Below are positions 1-12,715 of a stretch of 64,000 nucleotides of DNA, piece after piece (within the stretch, counting starts at the first letter, position 1; each line of letters opens with the position of its first letter). Source of the DNA: Octopus vulgaris. Its lineage: Eukaryota. The stretch lies in contig OX597817.1 of the NCBI GenBank assembly GCA_951406725.2, positions 117,428,001 to 117,492,000 on the forward strand. The letters are read 5' to 3'. Both the position numbers and the translations under genes were made by a program. The notes beneath the pieces are model-generated. The model was not told where the DNA came from. It did not search any database and worked only from the letters and a program-made list of their open reading frames with translations.

Positions 1-10
1 AATACCTTCT

Positions 11-268
11 TGACTCTTTAACATTAAAACCAACCATAACTGGCCCAAATATTCTACCTGTTTTATGTTCATAAATGGCCCAAATATTCTACCTGTTTTA
101 TGTTCAAACCAGACAGATTCAGCCTCTCACACTTAGCCTCCAATGTCATTCCAAAAATAATCACAGCATCAAAATCTCGAAGCTACTTGATAATGCATGA
201 CTAATTAAAAACAATTGAACTAATAAGCACTGGATTTAACAGAGTAACTTGAATGCTAAAGGATTAAA
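11..268. mobile_element. Putative piggyBac-like MITE (TTAA-type ends), degenerate
   Basis: Ends tgactctttaacatt...aatgctaaaggattaa are imperfect inverted termini. Internal 30-bp tandem duplication (41-70, 76-105). Related copies at 5422-5628 and about 7003-7170. Confidence 0.5.
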
Positions 269-432
269 GCAATGTGGATATTACAGCTACTATAATTGTA
301 GACTGAGATAATTATGGCTTCAACCCACTATAAATAAAAATGTATGTAGCTTTTCCTGTGTAATAAACAAATATTGGTTTTATTTACATTATTTACAATT
401 GACGGATATTTGTCCTCATCTTGTTTGTTGTT

Positions 433-478
433 AACACAACGTTTTGGCTGATATGCCCTCCAGCCTTCATCAGGTGTC
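433..478 (-). ncRNA. Minimal type-I hammerhead ribozyme motif, G12>A (probably inactive)
   Basis: Minus strand reads GACAC-CUGAUGA-AGGCUG..CAGCC-AAAA-CGUU-GUGUU. Stem I is GACAC/GUGUU and stem III is palindromic ACGU. Confidence 0.75.
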
Positions 479-538
479 TTGAGGAAATTTTGAACTTGGG
501 TTCTCATTTCTAAGGTATTTTTTGATGTTGTTCTTGTA

Positions 539-603
<65 letters not shown>

Positions 604-786
604 TCACTACCTGGAAAGCCCACAGGCATATGGCGTTGTTGTTAAGAGCATGGGCTACTAACCATAAGATTCCGAGTTCGATTCCAGGTAGTGGCCAGCC
701 TGAATAATAATAATAATAATAACAACAACAACAACAACATCGAAAAATACCTTAGGAATAAGAATCCAGGTTCGAAATTTCCCCTA

Positions 787-832
787 GATTCCTGATGAAG
801 GCTGGAGGGTATATCAGCTGAAACGTTGTGTT
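787..832 (+). ncRNA. Minimal type-I hammerhead ribozyme motif (core intact, stem I weakened)
   Basis: GATTC-CTGATGA-AGGCTG gagggtatat CAGCT-GAAA-CGTT-GTGTT. Confidence 0.75.
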
Positions 833-1038
833 AACAATAAACAAGATGAGGACAAATATCCATCAATTGTAAATAATGTAAATAATATACATAATTCCTC
901 ATTTCTTAAATATAGAACTGAAATACTGGTTTTGTATTGTAACCATATGTCTATCTTATCTTGGTGCAGATTTTCGATTTTTTGTTTATGGATAGTGATG
1001 TAACTAATATTTTATTTCCATCAATTTATCACTTCATC

Positions 1039-1258
1039 AAGGCAGCAAGCTGGCAGAATTGTTAGCATGCTGGGTAAAAATGTTTAGCGGCATTTTTCCA
1101 ATCTTTATGTTCTGAGTTCAAATGCCACTAAGGTTGACTTTGCCTTTTATCCTTTCAGGGTTGATGAAATAAATACCAGTAGAGGATTGGGGTCAATGAA
1201 ATAGACTTACCCCTTCTCCAAACTTCCTGGCCTTGAATCAAAATTTGAAATCAGTATT
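1039..1258 (+). mobile_element. tRNA-derived SINE, family B (Nin-domain-like)
   Basis: A-box-like agctggcagaa, B-box gagttcaaat and central gccttttatcctttcagggttgatgaaataaatacc. TSD TCACTTCATC at 1029-1038 and 1259-1268. Confidence 0.75.
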
Positions 1259-1569
1259 TCACTTCATCTGATAGTGAGAGCATATCACACTTACAGAGGT
1301 CCTGAAACCCTGTTTTGAACCATATGGAGGATGTGATAAGAAGCACAATTTGAGTGACACACAGATAGAGCTTTAAGAGTTACTAAGAGACGTATAATTC
1401 TGCTAATCCACTGCCCTGAGTAGTTACTTGAATTATCAACCTTGAAAGAACCAAAGCCACACTTGACCTCCACTTGTATTTGAACTCGGGGCACAGAGGG
1501 TAGGAGCATATACCACAAAGCATTTTATCCAATGCTCCAATAAAATTGCTAAGTCATCATTTTTAATCT

Positions 1570-1840
1570 TTATCTTTTACTTGATTCAGTCATTGAACTG
1601 TGGCCATGCTGGGGCACTATGTTGAAAGATTTTTAGTCCCTTGGGCGAAAACACACACACACATGCACACACACACACAACAGGGTCTCAAACATTTTCC
1701 ATCTACCAAATTCACAAACAAGGCATTGATCAGCTTTGAGATATAGTATAAGACACTCATTTAAGTTGCTGTGCAGTGGTACTGAACCCAAAACCATGTG
1801 GTTGCAAAGCAAGCTGTGTAACCACACAACTATACCTGTG
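1570..1840 (-). mobile_element. SINE family A, internally deleted
   Basis: Head and tail match the full copies such as 23461-23862. Confidence 0.7.
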
Positions 1841-2009
1841 ACCAAGTATAAAATTCTTCAATTATTTTCAAACTAAATGTAACCTTAAAATATCTGCTCT
1901 TTACATATTTTATAACAACTTCATGAGAGGACAAAGAACACTGCCCATAATCTGTTTCAGGGCTTCTAAAACTACAGCCAGTCTTCGTCGTCACTTGAAT
2001 CTCTGGCCC

Positions 2010-2362
2010 TGCCCTTCAGTGCTTCTACAACGGCACATAAGGTGGTTTGGTCATGCGGCCCGGTGTCCAGAGAGTAAGCTGATTCGCGATGTCCTCCTCC
2101 CACCTCCACTTCCCAGCTGGCACAAAGGTGCGGGCAGGCAGCTGAAGACCTGCACAACAACGATAAATGAGAACTTCTCTGAACTCTCAGGTCCACGCAT
2201 AGTTGGTCTGCGCAGTTGGAACCGTGAATGGCTTGCTATCTCCAGTGATCTCGCACAGGACCATCGAATGTGGGCCGCCATGGTTCATGATGCTGTTAGA
2301 AACAGAGAAGAAGCCAGCTCAACCGTCCTGGGTGAATGCCATCACAAGTACAAGTACAAGTA
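2010..2362 (+). mobile_element. RTE-clade LINE 3' fragment
   Basis: Translation IRWFGHAAR...GRQLKT...DLAQDHRMW matches the RTE ORF C-terminus. Ends in a (CAAGTA)3 tandem tail. Confidence 0.75.
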
Positions 2363-2439
2363 TCTCCTGATTGGAGATATGACCAGAATGATCATAGCAA
2401 AGTGGGCTCTGCTAGAGGTTTCTAAAGCCAAGTGTAAAT

Positions 2440-2635
2440 CACTAAACTTCTAGACATAGCAGTCAAATCCCTTTCAAATCAAGTCAAATCAAACTCTTTC
2501 TTAAAAAGGGAAATCCATATTAGATATATTCCTGGGCACACTAAGTCTGAAAAAGGAAGTGAGGGTTACAGTAGGATCATCTTTGATTATAAATCAGTTT
2601 GAAAAGGGATAATCTGAATTTAAACAACAACAATA
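2440..2635 (+). repeat. Old dispersed repeat with (CAA)n tail, unclassified retroposon end
   Basis: Motifs tagcagtcaaatc...ctttgatta...taaacaacaac recur at about 5870-6010, 6500-6680, 19180-19380 and 21100-21300, and inverted at about 13190-13340, 35170-35260 and 42500-42700. Confidence 0.45.
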
Positions 2636-3570
2636 ATAGCTGTAACCTCAAATGCAATAACAAGTTGGCATTTACAATTATTGCCTCTCAACTGCAGGAA
2701 GAAAATAAAGAAAACATAAATGAATGTATTTGGAAAGCAGTTCATATCCAACATGCAATATTTATATATGACAATAATGCAGTGAAATCTGCAGTGATTA
2801 AAATGTTTGAAGTGTCTACATCAGTGATACACATGACTCAAGCTTCTGAGTAAAAGATCTCACAGGAACCAATTTCAATTTCATCCCTCAAGGGTCAATA
2901 ATACAAGCATCAGTAATATATTGCTAGGAAGTCACTTGATTATAGTCACTCCATTTGTATGGCCCTACCCACCACAAGAAAGGAAGTAAAAGAGAAAATC
3001 ATAGAGGCATGTTTGTATGTGTGTATATATACATATATATATATATAATTACATGCACATCATCATCATCATATGTATATATATATTTGTGTATGTGTGT
3101 GTGTGTATATATATATATATATGCATACATATATGCATACATACATATATATATATATACACACATACATATATATACACATAGATACATGCACAAATAC
3201 ACACACACACACACACATATGTAATGTATGAATGAGAAAAATATTTCTCCAAATATGCCTATGTGAGCATGAATGTTATGGTGTTAATCCAACTTAAGGG
3301 CTGGTTGATCTCTAGGTTTTACCCATAGAAATTGGGCAAAAGAAGGATATTGATAAAAGATTTTGTTTATTACTATGTACACAATAATCATATGTGTACG
3401 TATGTGCTTATACAAACAGAGAGGGAAAGGGGAGAGAGATAGGAAGAGAGAGAGGGGAAAGAGATAAGAAGAAAGAGAGAGAGGTAGAGACATAGACCTA
3501 TAAAACAAATATATAAATAGTTTTTATATTTTCAGAGATTAAATAACCCAATGTTATTACTCTCTTCTGC

Positions 3571-3606
<36 letters not shown>

Positions 3607-5069
3607 CAATGAATAAGTTAACCATCAAATCCATCCACAATGTTAGCATTAGTTGAGGTTGTTTATCCTGTTGATAACCAGTTTTCAGCATATATCTTGT
3701 TGGTATTATTAATTGCATATTTCTAAAATATAACAGGTAATTTGGGCTTTCTATGAATTAATTTTACCCCTAAATGAGCAAGGAAACATAGATATCATGT
3801 TATCTAATTTTTCATTCTAATATATTTGAGAATATATTCAGAACAACTGCTAAATTTCAAAGATTTTTTTTTTTCAAGAATTATATCTAACTTGTAATTT
3901 AGAAATACCGTAGTTTGTAAATGTTTTGCAGTTTATAAACTTTTCTTTATAGCTAAACTGCGCTGGGATCAAAAGATCAAATAACATGAAGTCTTTGTTA
4001 ATAGCTTTTTAGAGATCTATCTTATCTCACATAAATTAAATTACATCTTCAGTTATAGAGTATTTCAAACATTCGTAAATGTAAACCTGAAGCAAAACTT
4101 TTAATATATTTTGGCATTTTGGATCTTATTAGAACTTGCTATTCATTGCAGATTCTTAAATAATTTTGTGCTGTAATTTCTGAAAAATAATATCTGCTTT
4201 GAAAGCCTTCTTATGTGAATAGATAGATAATCTTATTATGAAATGATGACCAGAAAACTTTTATTGCATTCATATTAGATCAAAATATTTCATGCCACCT
4301 ACTCATTGATAATGAAGAAATAATTTGTGACTTATTATTATTTTTTTGTTCAATTCTTTCACTGATATTCTTTAGAAGTTGAGCTTTCTATAAAGGTATC
4401 TTCTATGTAGGTATCTTCTGTACGTCATTACATCCAAAGATGTGATGAGTTTTAAAACAAGATAATAAAATGAAGATAAGAAGAAAATATAGCAGTTATG
4501 TTGCGTTTAATTATATGCCAAGATTGAAGCTACTTCTCAGATATAGAGAGATTTAACTGAATAGTTTTAAACTAGATTCTAAACACGAATGATGTAATGT
4601 TTGAAAGTTAATTTGAATTAAAAATGAAAAGCCATATAACAGCTTTGATATGCAAAACCAACTGGTTATTGAACTCAATGCTCAGGAATGAAATATAATG
4701 AAAACTATTGTATTGTATCCTTGAATAAACCACTTTATTTGTCATGCCCATTTTATTTCATGCTATGAAACTTAAATTCTTCATTAGCTAAACTGGTTCA
4801 TGAAGTTGAAATATAATTTTACTTTAGACTCTTTAGACTAGTAGTTTTTGTATTTGTGGTTTAGTACCTCTTTCACTGAATGGTGTTTTACAACTGACCC
4901 ACACATCATGTTTTGCAAGGAAGCTTTACAAATAATGTGGCTAATTTTCTATAGTGGATTATTATCATATTTTCTGATAGTATCCCATTGAGTAGTGCTT
5001 CTTTTTAGGCATTTGTATGAATTAGTACACCCATATCAAATTTTTATCGCTATTATTATAGGAGGCAAG

Positions 5070-5285
5070 AAATCAATGAGCTGGTAAAATTGTTACCATG
5101 TCAGGTAAAATGCTTAGAGGTATTTCTTTCAGCTCTCTATGTTCTGAGTTCAAATTCCACCAAGGCCGGTTTTACCCTTCATACTTTCAGGATTAGGCAA
5201 ACAAGTACCAGTTGAACACTGTCATTGGTATAATCAACTTACCCTCTCCCTGAAAATTGGTAGTCTTATGCCAAAATTTGAAACC
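5070..5285 (+). mobile_element. SINE family B
   Basis: Homologous to 1039-1258. Approximate 18-bp TSD attatta(t/c)agga(g/a)gcaag at 5052-5069 and 5286-5303. Confidence 0.7.
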
Positions 5286-5421
5286 ATTATTACAGGAAGC
5301 AAGGAATTATACAAGAGAATTTATATTGGGCCCTGACACATTATAACTTGTGCTTTCTGCTCATTGGTAAAATATATCTGATTTGTATTTTAAATATGTG
5401 AATGATTGTTTTGAAAATGCA

Positions 5422-5628
5422 TTTCACTCTATAGCAATCAGAGTACTCCATCAAATATAATGCTTATTTATTCACATTGTTTTGAATTAATACTGCATTA
5501 TCCCATAGCCTCAAGATTTCAATGAAGTGATTGTTTATTTTCAGAATGTGTAGTTGTGAGAGGCCAGATGCAGAACATAAGTAGAATATTTTGGCCCAAT
5601 ATGACTAGTTTAAATGCTAAAAGGTTAA
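5422..5628. mobile_element. Second copy of the TTAA-type MITE, inverted relative to 11-268
   Basis: gtagaatattttggccc...taaatgctaaaaggttaa is the reverse complement of the start of the 11-268 element. Confidence 0.5.
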
Positions 5629-6900
5629 AATATAAATATTATTTCTGTTTTAAATGTTTTGATTTGTAAGAAAAAATCATGATTTCAAAACACCCCCACA
5701 CAGATTACATATACTATTTCTTCATGAGCTCACAATGTCTTTAAGAGAGGAATCTACCATTGCATATATATTTTGTCACACACTAGAATCATGGAAAATA
5801 AATTCGAACATCACTTAAACTTACAAAACTAACTATTTTCTTATTAATCAACTTGGAAATTTCCTGGTAGCACTTGACTTCCTAGAAATAGCAGTCGAAT
5901 CTCTTTCATATCTTAAATCTTGGAGATAAAATATATTTGAAAATGCAAGATAATTATGACTAGAATGCTGTTTGGTTATAGATCTGTTTGAGCACAGATG
6001 GCTTGGGGTTATTTTGGAAAATAAGCATATATTTAAAGTAGAAAATATAATAAATACACATTCTTGAAATATGTTTAAAATTTTTTATATGAAAAAACAA
6101 AGGCTTTTAAAAAGAAAAACTAAAATGATTAGAAAAATTAAAACAAAACCAAGAATTAGATATTCCATAGCCATAAAATGTTGATAGTCTTATCTTATCC
6201 ATCATTTAGTGAAATAGAGCCACTCATGAATAAAACAAAAGATATGGTTAGAACCTTTTTTTATTTTGTTAAAATATAATACCATTGATCAAATTCTCAG
6301 TATCAACCAGAAAGGAGAAAAATATAAACTAGAATGTTGCGTATATAAAAAATGAGAAGAGAAATAAATAAATGAGATGTAATTAACAAAATCAAGATCT
6401 CTGTTTCTTAAAGGAAAGACACTTTGACACTAAGTCATTAACGTGAAACATTATCAACTACAGATGTTAATTTAGCTAAAGGATGGAAGTCTCTAAGCAC
6501 TTACTTGGCCTGCTTGATATAGTAACCAAATTTTCCTCAAATCGTAACTCAATATTATGAACAAGACAGGTTATATTGGATAATACTGTCTGAAAATAAG
6601 ACTGAAAGGCCATGGCTGGAATGCTTTTGATGGTAGGTTAGTATGATCTGAGTAGACCAAAGGTTAAACTACAAAAACTACAGAAAGCATACAGAACAAC
6701 CAATGAAATTTAACATGTGACTTTGGTACTGTCTCTTTAAAGAATGGTACAAAACTCTTATGAGAAGAGAACCAGACCTCCATTTCATTTTATTTTTATT
6801 TGTTTCAGTCACTGGAAAATGGTCATGCTGGAGCACTGTTTTGAAGATTTTTAGTTGAACTCCCAGTACTTTGTTTTAAAAGTCTGGTACTTATTCTATT

Positions 6901-7004
6901 ACAGTTATATATTTAAGAGATGAGGAATTATGTACATTATTTACATTTGACAGATATTTGTCCTCATCTAGTTTGAAATTTTCGCAAGACACCTGATGAA
7001 GGCT
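6901..7004. mobile_element. Rearranged fragment of the Penelope pseudo-LTR
   Basis: Minus-strand pseudo-LTR tail (6901-6968) is joined to plus-strand aagacacCTGATGAaggct, which is half a hammerhead. Confidence 0.65.
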
Positions 7005-7207
7005 TATTTATTCATGTTCTTTTGAAATAATCTTCAAGATTTCAATTCTTTAATTTTAGAATGACATTGTAGGGTGAGGGTGAGAGGTTGGATCTGAACA
7101 GTTTGAACATAAAACAAATATAATATTATCTTTGGGCTTGATATGGCTAGTTTAAATGCCAAAGAGTTAAATATGCTCTGCTTTAGAAATATATTAATTT
7201 GTACCTA

Positions 7208-7423
7208 TGAGGGGCCGCTGAAAAGTTCCTGGCTGTAAGGGTATTGTGAAAGGTCTGGCTGGAGGCCCAACCTTCCAAGTTTTTCTACAGGGCTTAGAAA
7301 AACTGAAGGACCATTGTAATATACGTGTGAATCTCAGAGAGGAATATGTTGAATAAAATCATAACTAACTGCTCCTCCTGTATTTTCTTTTACCCAAATC
7401 CAGGAACATTTCATCACCTGTTG
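7208..7423 (+). mobile_element. Mariner-derived MITE
   Basis: TIR gagggg..gctgaaaagttcctgg, TA flanks, and a retained transposase C-terminal remnant (GLEKLKDHCN...EYVE*). Inverted copy at 51728-51949. Confidence 0.7.
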
Positions 7424-8256
7424 TATATCAGTTAAATGAAGTTATGTTCTTTACCTATTCCTCATATAATTTTCATCCTTTAAACATTATGTGTATACAT
7501 GGTACAGTGATGGATTTATAGATATCAAACAGATCATGCATTAGAAATGTATTAATTTGTATCTGTTAAATACAAATACAAAAATTAGTTCTTTATTTTT
7601 CATTGTTTATTTTATATTTTAAGTATATATTTAAACTGTCTCTAGAAAACAGGGAAATCCAGAAATCCAGAAATCCAAGCCATTCCAGTCTAAACACATC
7701 TAATATTTGGTTTGGAACAGTACAAATTCTTCATGAACAGGTATAAATCTGACAATGTACACTTTTACCTCAATCATGAGCTAAATGTTCTGTATGAATA
7801 AATGTAAACAAACACAGTTACTCTCCTCCTCTCTCCTTCTCTCTCTACCTCCCTCTCCTTCTCTCTCTCCCCCCTTGCTCTCTCTCTTCTCTCTCTTCTC
7901 TCTCTCACTCTCATTCAATTTCCTCTAATTCTCTACTCCTTAGTTAGGCAGCCCCATGTAGTTTGTATTTTGCCTCATTCTCTGAAATAATCTTTAGTTA
8001 AGGATAACCTTTGCATGTGTGTGAGTGTGTGTGTGTGTGTGCGTGTGTGTTTGTGCTTATACGGTCACAATAATGCTGTTCATAGTGGTGGTGCCTCTCC
8101 TCCCCTCCTCCCCCCATCTCCTCCTCTACATCATCATCATCATTGTACAAGCTTTCTTTTTTACCTCTTAGCATCGGATCTTACACTTGTTTGTAATCTG
8201 ACAAACATAACAACAGTGAAAAGTGGCCAACTTTGTTTTGTGAATGTGTGTATATA

Positions 8257-9545
8257 TTGGGTCATCCCATAAATAATGGAGATTTTTCTATTCATGAACT
8301 AAAAGTCAGAGGGGGATGGGATAAATTACCTGCATCAACTTGCTATAAAAGCAGGTAGAAATTTTACCTCATACTTATTCTTAGTGCAAGTTTTGAAGAG
8401 TGCAGTTCAATTTTAACAGCTGTTTTTTTCAAAGCTATAATAGAAGTGACAAAGAAGCATATTCCACATATTTTACTTTATGATTTCAATGAAGGCAACA
8501 ATACAATGGAAAGTGTGAGGAATATTAATGCAGTATATAGGGATCGGACAATAAGCGTAAGTCACTATCAATGGGGGTTCCAGAAATTCCAAGCTAGAAA
8601 CTACATCCTAGAAGATGAGCCTCTTCCTGGAAGATCTGTAGAGCTCAATAAGGGCATCCTGAAAGCCCTGGTGGAACAAAATGTCATTATAACTGTTGAG
8701 GAACTAGCAGAGAAACTTGGAGTTTAGCATTCAACCATTCATCAACACCTGCTTGCCATCAGAAAAGTCAGCAAATTGGGTCAATGGGTTCCTCGCAAAC
8801 TTTCTGTGTCTAATTGTATTCAGAGTGTGAATGTGTGCTGTTCTTTGATGTCACGTCTCATGAAAGCATCTTTTTTGGACCAAATAGTGACTAGTGATGA
8901 GAATTGGGTTTTCTGTAAAAATATGAAGCGCCAAAGACAGTGGGTAGGGAAAGGAGAAACACTGGCACTCCAGGCTAAAGAAGATCTTCACCCATGTAAG
9001 ATGTTGTTATCTGTTTTGTGGTGAGGGGGATATGAAATGTTTAGACCACTTTGAACTTTTAAACCCACACCAAAAGCTAACAAAGGAGATCTACTGCAAG
9101 CAGCTTGAGTGGATTAAATCAACGTTAGAAGAAAAACGACCATCTTTGGTTTCAAGGCGAAAGGTGTTCTTCCATCAGGATAATGCTCAGCCACATACAG
9201 TGAGGATGACATTCCAAAGGCTGGAGCTGTTTGAATTGGAAACGATGCTCCACACATATTCGCTGGACATTGCCCCAGCTGACTATCATTTATTCTGCAG
9301 TCTTCAAAATCATTTGGATGGAAAACTAGGAATTTTGTAGACAAGGTTAGAACAGTAGTGGAGTAGTATTTTTCATCACGGACAAGTAAATTTGGAAGTG
9401 GAGCCTAGCAAGTCTATGAGATAGATGGAAGAGCATTGTAGAAAATAATGGAGAATATATTTTAGATTAAAAAAGAACATTGTTTATCTTAAATTTTGAA
9501 AAATAAAAGAAGTATAAAAAACGCATTGTTTATGGGATGGCTTAA
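8257..9545 (+). mobile_element. Full-length mariner (DD34D) transposon, 1289 bp, inactive
   Basis: TIRs TTGGGTCATCCCATAAATAATG and CATTGTTTATGGGATGGCTTAA, with TA on both sides. Confidence 0.92.
8446..9469 (+). pseudogene. Mariner transposase pseudogene
   Basis: ORF pieces 8446-8727, 8776-9024 and 9032-9340 carry WVPRKL, VTSDENW, HQDNAQPH and YSLDIAPADY, with stops and frameshifts. Confidence 0.92.
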
Positions 9546-9563
9546 TATATGCATGTGTGTATC

Positions 9564-9603
<40 letters not shown>

Positions 9604-9703
9604 TACATATAGAGAGAGAGCGGTGGGGAGAGAGACAGAGAGGGAGATTGGTACATGGATTGATAGATAAATAATTATACACACACACACACATGCACAC
9701 ACA

Positions 9704-9949
9704 TTGTGTTGGTGCATAATTATTGCAGCTTTTTTCAACAAATTCAACAAAAAAACAATATCAATATTTAAGAAAAACATCTTTAAATGACGGTCAGACA
9801 ATCTGCCAAGCAAATGGGAAGCAGTACCTGAAGTAGATGATGAATATGCTCCGGAATAATCATTTAAAGATGTTTTTGTTACATGTTGTTATTATTTTTG
9901 TTGAATAAAATTTGTTGAAAAAAACCACAATGATTATACACCAGCCCAA
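9704..9949 (+). mobile_element. Mariner-derived MITE with about 85-bp inverted arms
   Basis: ttgtgttggtgcataattattgc and acaatgattatacaccagcccaa resemble Hsmar1/MADE-type TIRs. The centre encodes LPSKWEAVPEVDDEY (transposase C-terminus). Confidence 0.75.
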
Positions 9950-10686
9950 TACATATGTGTGTGTATGTGTGTGTGTGTGTGTGTATGTGTGTGTGTGTGT
10001 GTGTATGCATATATATGTGTGTACATACACATGCACACATATATATGTATACATATATATTAATATATGTATATACTAATCTAAACAGTAGTTCTTCCAC
10101 TTTTTTACAAGCATTCATTTTATCTTCTTTGCATGAGTATGTCACCAAACTTCCTTGTTTGGATTTATTTTTCACCACATTTTCAGGTTAATCAGATTTT
10201 TAAGAAGAATTTGTTGCATTTTTACAAGAAAATAATACTTCAGCATTGAGTAGCTATTGAAGCGACATTCCTTTCAACCATATTCAGAGAATGGCAATCA
10301 GCTTCTGTTGAAAAACCTTTCAGTGGAATATCTCTTCTATTTCAATAAGAAACTACCTTTAAATAACTTTCTTTTCTCATTTTTAACAGTTAGTTGAACA
10401 GTTTTTTTCTTTTTTCTATGTTTATACAATATTAGGTGTATCCTAAATCGTTTTTTTTTTCACCCATGTTGCTACATATTTGTCTTGCCTCAAAAATAAC
10501 AGTAAACAAGAAAGAAAGAAAGCATCTTCAAATGTGATATTTTCGCCTTTTATGTATCACCAGTATGATTGCTTTTCATATGTCTCTGGCACTGGGCACA
10601 AACACAATTTCACTAAACTTGATGTGTCTTCTCAAGTACAGCAATTCAGCAGAAATGTTGGTCAATGAGATTATATATATATATAA

Positions 10687-11345
10687 GGTCTCACTGAGGA
10701 AATGACTAGAGACTGAGACCTCTGGAAGTATGCTGTGCACGAGAAGACCCGGCAAGACAAGTGAGACCATAACCCGTGGCCTTCTACATGGGATGTAGCC
10801 AGCCCACGTATGCATACCTTTCCTTCTTGGGACACAAAACTCTACTTGTGAAGACCTGTTGGGGCAAGTGAGGATCAGAATCGAAATCGATCAATGGAAA
10901 TTGCAGCTGAGTTACCAGTGCCGGTGGCACGTAAGAGAACCATCCAAAAGTGGCCGTTGCCAGCGCCGCCCAGATTGGCGTCATGCCGGTGGCATGTCAA
11001 AAGTACCATCCGTTCGTGGCCATTTGCCAGACTCATCTGGTACCACCATCTGTTCGTGACCGTTGCCAGCGCCGCCCTGACTGGCCTCGTGCCAGTGGCA
11101 CGGAAAAAGCACCATCCGTCCATGGCCGTTTGCCAGCTCCATCTGGCACCTGTGCGGGTGGCACGTAAAAAGCACCCACTACACTCACGGAGTGGTTGGC
11201 GTTAGGAAGGGCATCCAGCCGTAGAAACACTGCCAGATAAGACTGGGCTTCATGCAGCCTTCTGGCTTCACAGACCCCAGTTGAACCGTCCAACCCATGC
11301 TAGCATGGAAAGCGGACGCTAAATGATGATGATGATGATGATGAT
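10687..11345 (+). mobile_element. RTE-like LINE 3' end with repeated GC-rich 3' UTR and (GAT)n tail
   Basis: GLTEEMTRD*DLWKYAVHEKTRQDK* resembles an RTE ORF end. The UTR has gttggcgttaggaagggcatccagc and ends (gat)n. Confidence 0.7.
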
Positions 11346-11348
11346 ATA

Positions 11349-11730
11349 TAGGAGTGGCTGTGTGGTAAGAAGCTTGCTTCCCAACATGGTTCTGGGTTCA
11401 GTCCCACTATGTGGCACTTTGGTCAAGTGTCTTCTGTTTGGGCCAACCAAAGCCTTGTGTGTAAATTTGGTAGACAGAAACTAAAAGAAGCCCATTGTAT
11501 ATATATGTATATATATGTATTTGTGTGTCTGTGTTTGTCCCCCCACCATCACTTGACAACTGATGTTGGTGTGTCTACATCCCTGTAGCTTAGTGGTTCA
11601 ACAAAAGAGACCGATAGACTAAGTACTAGGCTTAGAAAGAATATGACCTGGGGTTGATTTGTTTGACTAAAGGCAGTGCTTCAGCATGACCTCAGTCAAA
11701 TGAGTGAAACAAGTAAAAGAATAAAAGAAT
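11349..11730 (+). mobile_element. tRNA-derived SINE family A, near full length
   Basis: Head tggctgtgtggtaag...gggttcagtccc, internal TA/TG microsatellite, tail gaaacaagtaaaaga. Confidence 0.85.
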
Positions 11731-11811
11731 ATATATATATATTTATTACTTCACAAAGGAATATAAAAATAAAAATCATGTTAATGATTTTTATCAGGTA
11801 GTCAGCATGAC

Positions 11812-11856
<45 letters not shown>

Positions 11857-12113
11857 TGTGTGTGTGTGTGTAGATATATGTATATATGTTTGTGGGTGTT
11901 TGAGTATGTGTATGTGTGTGTCTGTCAGTATATGTGTGTTTGTTTGCATCTCCTTATCTTGAGATTGCATGATAGATGTAAATGAGTGACACTGTCATAC
12001 AACCAGTGCTTTTCATATCCAGCCTTTTCCGAAAGCATTACAAGCCATAGAATATCTTCATTTATGTGCTATATGTGATCCATTGAAGCTTAGAAAAATG
12101 GACCCTAAAATGA

Positions 12114-12412
12114 AGTGCCGGTGACATAAAAAGCATGAATTAATGCCAGTACCTCCCCCGCAACAGGACACCCATGCCGGTGGCATATAAAAAGCACTAT
12201 CTGAACATGATCGATGCCAGGCCCGTCTGACTGGCTCCTGTGCTGGTGGCACATAAAAAGCACCCACTACACTCTCGGAGTGGTTGGCATTAGGAACAAT
12301 AACAGGGCATCCAGATCAGATTGGAGCCTAGTGCAGCCACTGGTTCTCCAGACCTCAGTCAAACCGTCCAACCCATACCAGCATGGAAAATGGACGTTGA
12401 ATGATGATGATG
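12114..12412 (+). mobile_element. RTE-like 3' UTR fragment
   Basis: Three gccggtggcacataaaaagcac units and the same tail as 10687-11345. Confidence 0.7.
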
Positions 12413-12715
12413 TGGAGGAGGATTAACTCACAACTATAGTTCTATAGTTGAAGTTGCTTATTCAAGGTAGTGCACAGTGGGTTCTAACCTAAAATTACAT
12501 AATTGTGATCCTCTTAACTATACAGACATGCTTTTCAATATTGTGTTCCAGATTTCCTTATTAGAGTAGTACATGTTAGAAGTTTTCAAAGAAGAATCTT
12601 AATTAATTCTATCACTAATATGCTAAAATGAATCCATCAGTTCATTTACCTTCACAAAACCAGTTCCTATACTTTTATATCTTATTTTAACCTTTTTCCC
12701 ATCAATTCACTTACC

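Larger units (their letters stand above)
382..920 (+). mobile_element. Non-autonomous Penelope-like insertion: inverted pseudo-LTR plus tRNA-like head plus hammerhead-bearing pseudo-LTR
   Basis: Arms 382-615 and 682-885 are reverse complements. Flanked by AAATATTGGTTTT (369-381) and AAATACTGGTTTT (921-933). The same sequence forms the 3' end of the Penelope element at 45625-47120. Confidence 0.8.

Noticed and set aside
625-696. Functional tRNA gene
   Set aside because: The acceptor and T stems pair poorly and the segment sits inside a mobile element, so it is tRNA-derived only.
10081-10360. Possible coding exon on the minus strand
   Set aside because: Multiple stops upstream, no recognisable domain and no clear splice sites.
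10900-11180. CRISPR-like repeat-spacer array
   Set aside because: The repeats are degenerate, the spacers are mutually similar, the context is a eukaryotic LINE UTR and no cas genes are present.
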